Source: Chloroflexota bacterium
GTDB taxonomy: Bacteria; Chloroflexota; Limnocylindria; QHBO01
DNA length: 32,383 nt
Reading direction: 5' to 3'
NCBI GenBank assembly: GCA_040882375.1
Contig: JBBEBK010000054.1
Coordinates: 1-32,383 of the forward strand
In this document: positions 9,501-17,595 of the stretch, in pieces
Position numbering within the stretch: the first letter of the stretch is position 1
Layout of the letters: each line of letters begins with the position of its first letter
The notes under the pieces: model-generated
The model's input: the letters and a program-made list of their open reading frames with translations, nothing else
Database searches by the model: none
What the model was told of the DNA's origin: nothing
Made by a program: the position numbers and the translations under genes

Positions 9501-9575
9501 AACGACACGCCCGGGCCTGCCGTGCAAGGTGGTGCGTGCATGCGCCAGAAGGTTGTTCGGGTGGGGTTAGTACCT

Positions 9576-9605
9576 TTGCGCGTGTCGCCGCCCGGCCCCT
9601 ACACT
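9576..9605 (+). promoter_or_regulatory. Sigma70-type promoter TTGCGC-N18-TACACT for the diguanylate cyclase
   Basis: -35/-10-like hexamers with an 18-nt spacer. SD AGGGAGGA precedes GTG 9675. Confidence 0.5.
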
Positions 9606-9674
9606 GGCCGCCGGGAGGGCTGAAGTTCCGCTTGCGCCGCGGTCGGTGGTCGATCGTGCCCAACAGGGAGGACC

Positions 9675-11117
9675 GTGGAACCCGAGATCATCTTCATCAG
9701 CGTCTCTGCGACGGCGGCCGTGCTGGTAGGCATCGGCGCGCTGGTTGCCGTCCTGCGTGGGCGAGGCGCCGCAAGGCTCGCCCCCGTGGGCGACGCCGAG
9801 CCCGCGGCTTCGGCGGTCGCCGAATCGGGGTATGAGGGGATGCTGCGGGTGGCCTGGTGGGTGGCCATCGCCGGCATCCTGGTGGGGATCGGTACCACGA
9901 ATGCATATCCGGAGACGCGGGCTGCGATCTTCGGACTCGGAGGCGCCGCGGCAGCGCTGGTCCTGCTCGTCCATGAGCTCCTCCCGCGCCGCTGGCGAAG
10001 GCGCCCTGTCGTGTTCGTTGAGATCGTCGGCGGCCTGGCCTTCGCCAGTGGGCTGCTCCTCCTAACCGGGCATGGCGCCTCGCCGTTCGCATTTGGCTAC
10101 CATCTGGTTGCCGTCGCCGTGGCGCTGACGCTGGGCAGTCGTGCCGGCCTCCTCGCAGCCGCCATCGCTTCGCTGGCCTACCTGGGCGTGCTGACACTCG
10201 ACCCGGAGCGCTCCGCCTTCGTCGGCGCGGACCTGCTCCGCATCGGTATCAACCTCGGATCGCTCTGGCTCCTCGCCTACCTGGCGGGCGTCTACGCCAG
10301 TGGTGAGCGACGGATGCGCCAGCGCGTGCTCGAGCTCTCCCAGATGGACCCGTTGACCGGCCTCTTCAACCGTGGCCAGCTGCACCCGACCCTGGAGCAG
10401 GAGGTCCAGCGGACGCGCCGCAGCGGTCGTGGATTCTGCGTGCTGATGGTGGATCTCGACGGCCTGAAGGCGATCAACGACGCGATGGGCCACTTGCGCG
10501 GCGACGCGGTGCTTCGCGGGCTGGCCCGCGTGATTCGCAGTTCGATCAGGACGGTCGATTCGGCCTACCGCTACGGCGGGGACGAGTTCCTGGTCCTGCT
10601 GCCCGAGACGGAGTTCATCGGCGCCTTCGTGGTGGCCGAGAAGATCCGCGAGGGCGTGGAGGCGATCGGCGTCTCGCGCAATGGCGAGCCAGAGGCCTCC
10701 GCCAGCATCGGCCTCGTCTCCTACCCCGAGGACGGGGCGACCGCCGAGGAGTTGATGCTCGCCGCCGACCGAGCCATGTACCAGGCCAAGTCACTCGGCA
10801 AGAACCAGGTCAGTGGCAACCCCCGCCCTCCACGACCCTCCCGCCAGCTGCCGGTCGGCCCTTCCGCCATCCAGGAGCCGGCTGCCGAGGCAGCCCTCGA
10901 TGATCGGCAGCCGATCGCCGTGGCAGTGCCATCGCACAACGGTGCGGTCAGCGCCGGACACGAGTTCGCGGCGCAGATCCATGACGAGTCGGAGCCCGAT
11001 CCGAGCGACGTCCGCCGGCAGATTGCCGCGGCGCGGCTGAACATGGATCCCGACCACCAGATCCGGAGGGCGATGGACGCTTTTCTCTCCGCCCCGGCGC
11101 GCAGCGAAGGCGCGTAA
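9675..11117 (+). CDS. Membrane-bound diguanylate cyclase (GGDEF)
   Basis: Multi-TM N-terminus. DPLTGLFNR, DLDGLKAINDAMGHLRGD, RTVD I-site five residues before YGGDEF, SASIG, ADRAMYQAK. Low-complexity C-terminal tail. Confidence 0.92.
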   Translation: MEPEIIFISVSATAAVLVGIGALVAVLRGRGAARLAPVGDAEPAASAVAESGYEGMLRVAWWVAIAGILVGIGTTNAYPETRAAIFGLGGAAAALVLLVHELLPRRWRRRPVVFVEIVGGLAFASGLLLLTGHGASPFAFGYHLVAVAVALTLGSRAGLLAAAIASLAYLGVLTLDPERSAFVGADLLRIGINLGSLWLLAYLAGVYASGERRMRQRVLELSQMDPLTGLFNRGQLHPTLEQEVQRTRRSGRGFCVLMVDLDGLKAINDAMGHLRGDAVLRGLARVIRSSIRTVDSAYRYGGDEFLVLLPETEFIGAFVVAEKIREGVEAIGVSRNGEPEASASIGLVSYPEDGATAEELMLAADRAMYQAKSLGKNQVSGNPRPPRPSRQLPVGPSAIQEPAAEAALDDRQPIAVAVPSHNGAVSAGHEFAAQIHDESEPDPSDVRRQIAAARLNMDPDHQIRRAMDAFLSAPARSEGA

Positions 11118-11134
11118 TCCGGGCGGACCCCCGA

Positions 11135-12277
11135 TCAGGACTCGGTCAGTCCGGCACCGATCGGCACGATCTCCCACCAGATGAGGCCCGGAGGCAGCAC
11201 CACCGGGTCGCCGCTCTCCTCGTACGTCCAGCGCGTGCCGTCGGCGGCGGTGGGCCGCGACCACCTCAGCGCGATCGCCCGCCCATCGCTGTACAGGGTT
11301 CCGGTTCCCGTGCCAACCAGGTGCTGCAGACGCCTCGGGTTGCCGCCGGGGTCGGGATCGCCGTAGACCACCTCCTGGGTTACCCGTTGCACCAGGACGT
11401 GCGTGGCGGTCAGCGGCTCACTGCTGATCGCGTCAACGACGGGCTTCCCGCCGTCGCTGCGCCGCCACGCGTCCAGCGCGGCGTCCCAGCTCCATCCGAA
11501 GCGCCAGTACGAGTTCGTGCGGATCTCTATCGCCGCAACGCGACGCCCCGCCGGAAGCTGAACGTCCGGATCGAACGCGAAGGGCGGCCGGATGGCACCG
11601 ACCCGCGGGACGAGCGTGTCGAGTCGCGCGTTGGCGCCGAATGCCGCTCGCACTGCTTCGAGGTCGCCGTACAGGTTGTGGGGAGCACCGTAGTCGCCAA
11701 ACCTGCGGAACCATGGCCAGGCGCCGGTGATGCCATTCACGTAGGGCATCCCGGCATTGTCAAATCGATTCAGGGCGCCGGGGCTGGCACCGAAGAAGAA
11801 CGGCAGGACGTGCAGGTCCTGCCACAAATCGACCATGTAGTAGCGACCGCTGCGCATCGGTCCGGTCAGGCCCTCGGTCGGCTGACAGAGGTAGATGGCG
11901 GTGAAGCGTGTCGTGTCGCCCTCGACCGGGGTCTCGACGACCAGGTCGGCACGCGTCAGGTTACGAGCCGGTCGGGCCCCGGGATGGTTGTCGATGGGTA
12001 CGGCCAGGGCCGTACGCTCCAGGGCCGAAGCGTCGTCCATCGGCAGGCCGCTGAGCGGGCATCGCGCGACAGGGGGAGCCACGGTGGGTTCCTCGGTCGG
12101 CGTGGGCCGCTTGGTGGGACTCGGCGTCGGCTGCTGCGTGAGACTCGGCGCGGGAGTGGGCGTCGGATCCGGCCGCTGGCCGCCAATCACCATGGCGCCG
12201 AGCGCCAGCCCTACGATGACGAGTACCGCTGCGACCCCGAGGATCGGGCCGCGGCCGAGGGAGCGCAGTTGCCGCAT
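11135..12277 (-). CDS. DUF3048 (YerB-like) membrane-anchored extracellular protein with Pro/Thr linker (380 aa)
   Basis: CPLSG, AVPIDNHPGARP, ADLVVETPVEGDTTRF, GPMRSGR, APHNLY, LPPGLIWWEIV. N-terminal TM followed by a PTPTPAPS..PTPTEEPT linker. Confidence 0.85.
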   Translation of the reverse strand: MRQLRSLGRGPILGVAAVLVIVGLALGAMVIGGQRPDPTPTPAPSLTQQPTPSPTKRPTPTEEPTVAPPVARCPLSGLPMDDASALERTALAVPIDNHPGARPARNLTRADLVVETPVEGDTTRFTAIYLCQPTEGLTGPMRSGRYYMVDLWQDLHVLPFFFGASPGALNRFDNAGMPYVNGITGAWPWFRRFGDYGAPHNLYGDLEAVRAAFGANARLDTLVPRVGAIRPPFAFDPDVQLPAGRRVAAIEIRTNSYWRFGWSWDAALDAWRRSDGGKPVVDAISSEPLTATHVLVQRVTQEVVYGDPDPGGNPRRLQHLVGTGTGTLYSDGRAIALRWSRPTAADGTRWTYEESGDPVVLPPGLIWWEIVPIGAGLTES

Positions 12278-12332
12278 GGAACAGATCCTACCCACTTGCC
12301 CGTCTCGGGGTTATGGCACCATTGCGCTCCCG

Positions 12333-13694
12333 ATGAGACCTACGTCCGCGACTGACCTCGAGCCGAGGTCGCCCGAGGCCAACCCGCGTGCCTCGCTGGC
12401 GGCGTTCCTGTCGTTTCTCTTCCCAGGACTTGGCCAGGCGTACAACGGCGACTCATGGCTCGCCTGGATCCTCGCCACGCCCGCCTTTCTGCTCGTCGTC
12501 GGCGTGGCACTGGCTTTAGCCACCGTTGGGTCCAGCCTGCTGGCGAGGCTCTTCGACTTCCGCTTCCTGCTCGGGCTCATCGCGCTCGACCTGGCGCTTC
12601 TCGGCTGGCGGCTGGTGGCGGTCGTGCAGGCCCACGGGCACTACGAGTCGGCGAACCGTCGGCGCTGGACGACCTGGGTCACCGGACTGCTGGTGGTCGC
12701 AACACTCGGGATGCATGCGCTCCCGGCGTGGTATGCGGCGAAGGCGATCGACACGCTCGACGCCGTGGCACTGGGCGGCTCGGCCGGCAGCATCGACGAC
12801 AGCCTGCCGGTCTTCTCAGGGCTTCCGGAGCCCTCGGGGCAGCCCGACGTGGCCGCCGGCGAGCGGGTCAACGTGCTGCTCGTCGGCGTGGACAGCGCCC
12901 CAGGTCGCGTCACTGCCCTGACCGACACGATGCTCGTGGTGAGCCTGGACACCCTTGGCACGCGGTCGGCCATGATCTCGATCCCACGCGACCTCTACGG
13001 CGCGCCGCTGCCCAACGGACAACCGTTCAACAATAAGCTCAACGCGCTGATGACCTACGCCGACGCCCGCCCGGACGAGTTCCCGCTCGGCGGCGTCGGC
13101 ACCCTGAAGGCGACCATCGGCAGGCTCCTGGGCGTGCCGATCCACTACTTTGCGGCGATCAACCTCCTGGGATTCAAGCAGGCTGTCGACGCCATCGGTG
13201 GCGTCGACATCACCGTCACGCGGGCGATCAACGACCCGACCTACTACGACGAGTACGGCAAGCCAGCTGGCTTCTATCTCCAGCCGGGGACGTACCACAT
13301 GGACGGCCACACCGCCCTGGCCTTCGTCCGCTCGCGCAAGGGGGTCGGGGACAGCGATTTCACGCGGGCCGATCGACAGCAGCAGCTGCTCACCGCACTA
13401 CGCGAGCAGCTGACGGCCGGCAACCTGCTGCTGTCCCTTCCGGCCCTGCTTGACGCGGTCAAGAACACCATCGCCACCGATGTCCCCGGCGACCGGATGC
13501 CGGAGCTGGCGCAGGCGGTCCAGGACGCGGACATGTCCCTCCTGAAGCGGATCGTCCTCCAGCCTCCGGACTACATGACCGCCGATCCCTACTCGTCGGC
13601 CGGCTACATCCTGGTGCCCAACCTCGCCGCCATCCGCGCTATCGGCGCGTCGCTCCTGGCGGAGCCGACCACCCCGCCCGAGGCGCTGCCGTAG
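12333..13694 (+). CDS. Second LCP family glycopolymer transferase with multi-TM N-terminus (453 aa)
   Basis: VNVLLVGVD, LTDTMLVVSLD, SIPRDL, KLNAL, AINLLGFKQAVDAIGGV, ALAFVRSRK, SDFTRADRQQQLL. Start ATG 12333; the upstream part of the track ORF is antisense to DUF3048. Confidence 0.9.
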   Translation: MRPTSATDLEPRSPEANPRASLAAFLSFLFPGLGQAYNGDSWLAWILATPAFLLVVGVALALATVGSSLLARLFDFRFLLGLIALDLALLGWRLVAVVQAHGHYESANRRRWTTWVTGLLVVATLGMHALPAWYAAKAIDTLDAVALGGSAGSIDDSLPVFSGLPEPSGQPDVAAGERVNVLLVGVDSAPGRVTALTDTMLVVSLDTLGTRSAMISIPRDLYGAPLPNGQPFNNKLNALMTYADARPDEFPLGGVGTLKATIGRLLGVPIHYFAAINLLGFKQAVDAIGGVDITVTRAINDPTYYDEYGKPAGFYLQPGTYHMDGHTALAFVRSRKGVGDSDFTRADRQQQLLTALREQLTAGNLLLSLPALLDAVKNTIATDVPGDRMPELAQAVQDADMSLLKRIVLQPPDYMTADPYSSAGYILVPNLAAIRAIGASLLAEPTTPPEALP

Positions 13695-13728
13695 TCCCGG
13701 CGAAGAGCCCTGCTAGACTCGGCCGACC

Positions 13729-14913
13729 ATGCCCGGCTTCGCCACCCGCGCGATTCGCGCTGCCAGCCGCGTTCCTGCCGTACCGCAGGCACCGGTGAAC
13801 GTCCCGATCTACCAGACCAGCACGTTTGAGGTTGCCTCCGCCCTCGAGCTGGCCGAGCTGCTCGAGTTCTCGCGGCCCGGCCATTCGTACACTCGCTACT
13901 CCAACCCCACGCACGCTGCGCTCGAGGAGACGCTGACCGAGCTCGAGGGGGCCGAGGCCGCACACGTGACCGCGTCGGGGATGGCCGCGATCCACGGCGC
14001 CGTGCTCTCCATCCTGCAAACCGGTGACGAGCTGCTCATCCCCGGCGCCGTCTACGGCGGCATGGTCGGGCTGGCCCGGACGGTACTCGCCCGCTCCGGG
14101 ATCAGCGTCCGGTCGGTGGACATGACCGATCTCGATGCCGTCGCCGCGGCGATCAGCGATCGCACCGGGCTCGTCTGGGCGGAGACGATCAGCAACCCGA
14201 CCACTGCGATGGCCGATATCTCCGCACTGGCGACCCTGGCCCATGCCCGCGAGATCCCCCTGGCGGTGGACAACACCTTCGCCTCACCCTACCTCTGCAA
14301 CCCACTGGCGCTCGGTGCGGACCTGGTGGTGCACTCCACGACGAAGTACATCGGTGGGCATTCGGACCTGACCGGCGGCGCGATCCTGGGCAGCGAGGCG
14401 CGCGTCTCAGCCGCCCGCGAGATCGTGATCAACGTCGGCGGCAACGCGGCTCCGCTCGAGGCGTTCCTGGCACTCCGCGGCCTCAAGTCGCTGGCTCTCC
14501 GGATGGACCGTCACAGCGCAAATGCGCTCGCAGTCGCCGAGCACCTCGAAGGGGCGCTTGGCGTGGAGCGCATCCGCTACCCGGGCCTCGCATCGCACCC
14601 GCAGCACGCCCTCGCGGCTCGCGAACTGCGTGATGGGATGGCCGGCGGGATGCTGGCGCTCGAGGTGGACGGTGGCCGAGCGGCCGGCGAGCGCTTCCTC
14701 GACCTGCTCTCGGTGGCGGTTCACGCCACCAGCCTGGGATCGGCCGAAACCCTTTGCAGCCACCCGGCCTCGTCCTCGCACCGCCAGCTCGATGACGCGC
14801 AGCTTGCCGCCGCCGGCCTGACCCCTGGCATGGTCCGGGTCTCGATCGGCCTGGAGGATCCCGACGACCTTGTCGCCGACCTCGCTGCCGCCGCCGCAGG
14901 GGCCGCCAGCTGA
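13729..14913 (+). CDS. Cys/Met metabolism PLP-dependent enzyme (cystathionine gamma-synthase/lyase or methionine gamma-lyase family)
   Basis: PIYQTSTF, YTRYSNPT, SGMAAI, ETISNP, VDNTFASP, HSTTKYIGGHSD (PLP lysine), TSLGSAETL, VRVSIGLE. Confidence 0.9.
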   Translation: MPGFATRAIRAASRVPAVPQAPVNVPIYQTSTFEVASALELAELLEFSRPGHSYTRYSNPTHAALEETLTELEGAEAAHVTASGMAAIHGAVLSILQTGDELLIPGAVYGGMVGLARTVLARSGISVRSVDMTDLDAVAAAISDRTGLVWAETISNPTTAMADISALATLAHAREIPLAVDNTFASPYLCNPLALGADLVVHSTTKYIGGHSDLTGGAILGSEARVSAAREIVINVGGNAAPLEAFLALRGLKSLALRMDRHSANALAVAEHLEGALGVERIRYPGLASHPQHALAARELRDGMAGGMLALEVDGGRAAGERFLDLLSVAVHATSLGSAETLCSHPASSSHRQLDDAQLAAAGLTPGMVRVSIGLEDPDDLVADLAAAAAGAAS

Positions 14914-14926
14914 GCTCGCCGGGCCG

Positions 14927-15952
14927 ATGACCAGCCTGATCGACCTCTGGCGCGCGGTCGACGCCGAGGCGCGGCTAGTCTCGGGGTCCGTGGGGGCGAT
15001 GACGCAGCCGGTGCGCGGCATCCTGCGAACCCGAGCCATGACGCCGCACCTGCCGCCCCGAGTCGACGGTGAGCTCCTCGTGGTCGACGCTGCGCTGGTG
15101 GCCGGGCGGCCGCTCGATGAGTTCCTCGCCACGCTGCGCGCGGCGGGCCTGGCTCCGGTGGCGCTGCTCCTCGCCGGTGGCCACGCAGCGCTGCGCCAGG
15201 AGCTTGCCGGTGACGAGGTGCCAGTCCTCGCCAGCACAAGGACAGCCTCCTACCTGTCCGAGGCGCTCGGCGCATATCTCGGCGGCGAGCAGGCCCACCT
15301 TGCTCAATTCGGCGCGGCACTGCGCCTGGCGGCGGCCGAGGCGGCGCTGGCTGACCCCGACCCCGCGGCCGCCGCCGGACTGGTCGCGGCGCGCATTCGC
15401 CGCGGCGTGGCCTTCGTCGCCGAGGGAGAGCTGCGCAGCCTGCATCCACGGCCGGCCGGGCGTGCCCTGGCGGCACGTTTTGCCGCGACGCAGGCTCGGC
15501 TGCTCAGTGGGACGTCGACCCGCAGCGCGAGCACGCGCCGCACGCGCGATGGCCTCTGGCTGATGGAGCGTCGTGTACGGCCCGGGGCCGCGGTCTGGCT
15601 CTTCGACGACCTGCCGTTCGCCCGCGTGGACGAGGTCGCGCTGGAGGCTCTGGGGATCACCCTGCGGGCTCTCCTGCGTCGAGGCAGCGAACCCAGCCCC
15701 AGGGCTCGCATCTCCGCCCGCCCGCCAGATCCACCAACGCCCGCCGCGGCGCCCTCGGAGCGGTTCGCCGAGACCCTGCTGGCCGTTGCTCGCGCCAATG
15801 GTCGCATCGCGCCCGCCGCGCGGGCGCTCGGCGTTCATCGCAACACGGTCCTTTACCGTCTGCGGGTCACGCGGGCCGAGCGGGGGATCGACCCGCGGCG
15901 ACCCGCTGACGCCCTGCGCATCCTCGCCGACGCCGAGCGCGCCGCCCGCTGA
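14927..15952 (+). CDS. PucR/CdaR-family transcriptional regulator (C-terminal HTH), 341 aa
   Basis: C-terminal ETLLAVARANGRIAPAARALGVHRNTVLYRL..GIDP matches the PucR C-terminal HTH. N-terminal PVRGI..GELLVVD resembles the PucR N-terminal domain. Confidence 0.8.
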   Translation: MTSLIDLWRAVDAEARLVSGSVGAMTQPVRGILRTRAMTPHLPPRVDGELLVVDAALVAGRPLDEFLATLRAAGLAPVALLLAGGHAALRQELAGDEVPVLASTRTASYLSEALGAYLGGEQAHLAQFGAALRLAAAEAALADPDPAAAAGLVAARIRRGVAFVAEGELRSLHPRPAGRALAARFAATQARLLSGTSTRSASTRRTRDGLWLMERRVRPGAAVWLFDDLPFARVDEVALEALGITLRALLRRGSEPSPRARISARPPDPPTPAAAPSERFAETLLAVARANGRIAPAARALGVHRNTVLYRLRVTRAERGIDPRRPADALRILADAERAAR

Positions 15953-15963
15953 GCTGCCCGGCG

Positions 15964-15980
15964 TTGTGCATACTGCACAA
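15964..15980. promoter_or_regulatory. Perfect inverted repeat TTGTGCA-TAC-TGCACAA, candidate PucR-family operator for glnA
   Basis: 7-bp perfect arms, AT-rich against a GC-rich background. Resembles the TTGTG-N7-CACAA format of PucR/CdaR-family sites (e.g. B. subtilis PutR). Confidence 0.7.
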
Positions 15981-16011
15981 GAAGTCGCGTCGCGCGTCGG
16001 CCGCCTGCCGA

Positions 16012-16040
16012 CTGCCATCTGCCCGGGCGGCCGATAGTCT
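16012..16040 (+). promoter_or_regulatory. glnA promoter CTGCCA-N17-TAGTCT
   Basis: -35/-10-like hexamers with a 17-nt spacer. SD AAGGAG at 16070-16075. Confidence 0.55.
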
Positions 16041-16081
16041 GCTCGGTATCGCCAACGACCATCATCGGTAAGGAGTCCCGC

Positions 16082-17446
16082 ATGGCCAACAAGGAGCTCG
16101 CCGCCGCCCTGAAGCTTGCCGAGGAGCGCAACCTGCGCTTCATCAACCTGCAGTTCACCGACATCGTCGGCCAGGTGAAATCGGTGCAGGTACCGATGCA
16201 CCAGCTGGAAGAAGCGGCCGAGCATGGCAAGTGGTTCGACGGCAGCAGCGTCGAGGGTTTCGCCCGGATCGCCGAGTCGGACATGTTCCTCGTCCCGGAC
16301 CTGGCGACTTTCGCCGAGGTGCCCTGGGAGCCGGGCTTCGACCCCGCCGGTAAGCCGCTCACGACCGGTGCCGCGCGGGTCATCTGCGACGTCTTCACTC
16401 CGAACGGTGACCCGTTCCCCGGCGACCCGCGCTGGGTCCTGCGGCGCCAGATCGAGAAGGCCAGGAAGCTGGGCTACATCCTCAACACCGGGCCGGAGCT
16501 CGAGTTCTTCCTTCTGAAGCGCGGCAACGGATCGGTTGAGGCGCTGCCCCACGACGCCGCGGGCTATTTCGATCTCTCCAGCGACCTGGGGACCGATGTC
16601 CGCAAGGAGATGATGAACGACCTGGAGGCCTTTGGGATCAAGGTCGAGACGGCTCATCACGAGGTCGCCACCGGCCAGCATGAGATCGACTTCGAGTACG
16701 CAGATGCCCTCCGCACGGCCGACAACGCGGTCACCTTCAAGACCACCCTCAAGGCCGTGGCCGCGCGAAACGGCCTCTACGCCACCTTCATGCCCAAGCC
16801 GTTCTTCGGGATCAATGGCTCGGGGATGCACACCCACCAGAGCCTGTGGGACGTGAAGAAGGCGAAGAACGCCTTTGCCGACGCCACCGATTCGTACGGT
16901 CTCTCATCGCTGGCGCGCAGTTACATCGCCGGCACCCTGGAGCACGCGCGCGGCATGATCGCCGTCCTGGCGCCCCTGGTGAACAGCTACAAGCGGCTCG
17001 TCCCCGGGTACGAGGCGCCGGTCTACATCGGCTGGGCGCGCATCAACCGGTCGGCCCTGATCCGCATCCCGCAGATCAGCAAGGGCCATCTCAACAGCAC
17101 CCGCATCGAGCTGCGCTGCCCGGACCCCGCCGCGAATCCCTACCTGGCGTTTGCCTGCATGCTCGCCGCGGGTCTCGATGGCGTGGCGCGCAAACTGACC
17201 CCGCCGGATCCGGTCGAGGAGAACCTGTACCACTTCGACGCCGCAAAGCTGGAGAGCCGCAAGATCCGGCAGTTGCCCGGCACGCTGCGCGAAGCCCTCG
17301 ACGAGTTGAAGGCCGACACGGTCATCGCCGACGCCTTGGGCGAGCACGTCTTTGAGCGCTTCGTCGAGGCCAAGACCGAGGAGTGGGACGAGTACCGGAT
17401 GCAGGTCACCCGCTGGGAGGTGGACCGCTACCTCGAGGCCTTCTGA
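16082..17446 (+). CDS. glnA: Glutamine synthetase type I (GSI-alpha)
   Basis: FDGSSVEGFARIAESDM, GPELEFF, GYFD, HHEVATGQHEIDF, FMPKP..NGSGMH, NSYKRLVPGYEAP, NRSALIRIP, RIELRCPDPAANPYLA. Confidence 0.93.
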   Translation: MANKELAAALKLAEERNLRFINLQFTDIVGQVKSVQVPMHQLEEAAEHGKWFDGSSVEGFARIAESDMFLVPDLATFAEVPWEPGFDPAGKPLTTGAARVICDVFTPNGDPFPGDPRWVLRRQIEKARKLGYILNTGPELEFFLLKRGNGSVEALPHDAAGYFDLSSDLGTDVRKEMMNDLEAFGIKVETAHHEVATGQHEIDFEYADALRTADNAVTFKTTLKAVAARNGLYATFMPKPFFGINGSGMHTHQSLWDVKKAKNAFADATDSYGLSSLARSYIAGTLEHARGMIAVLAPLVNSYKRLVPGYEAPVYIGWARINRSALIRIPQISKGHLNSTRIELRCPDPAANPYLAFACMLAAGLDGVARKLTPPDPVEENLYHFDAAKLESRKIRQLPGTLREALDELKADTVIADALGEHVFERFVEAKTEEWDEYRMQVTRWEVDRYLEAF

Positions 17447-17468
17447 CCGTGTTGCCCCCGCGCGGGCG

Positions 17469-17532
17469 GCCGGGCGAGCGGGCCAGCCGGGCGAGCGGGC
17501 CAGCCGGGCGACCGGGCCAGCCGGGCGAGCGG
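17469..17532. repeat. Tandem 17-bp repeat GCCGGGCGAGCGGGCCA, ~3.7 copies
   Basis: Units at 17469-17485, 17486-17502, 17503-17519 (one substitution) and partial 17520-17532, followed by degenerate GGCCG(A/G)GC units to ~17553. Confidence 0.9.
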
Positions 17533-17595
17533 CCGGGCGGCCGAGCGGCCGAGACGGTCCAATTCTCCGCTGCGGAAGCTTACGGCAGGCGGGCA

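Noticed and set aside
9606-9674. Possible c-di-GMP riboswitch in the diguanylate cyclase leader
   Set aside because: The leader is short and lacks recognisable class I or class II consensus elements.
12314-12327. TGGCAC..TTGC resembling a sigma54 promoter
   Set aside because: Spacing does not give GG-N10-GC.
15964-15980. Palindrome read as a GlnR/TnrA or NtrC box, or as an intrinsic terminator
   Set aside because: Does not fit TGTNA-N7-TNACA, and arm orientation is opposite to NtrC TGCAC-N7-GTGCA. AT-rich stem with a 3-nt loop and no plus-strand U-tract is a poor terminator.
17469-17553. Repeat array as CRISPR
   Set aside because: Repeats are directly adjacent with no spacers, only 17 bp long, and there are no cas genes.
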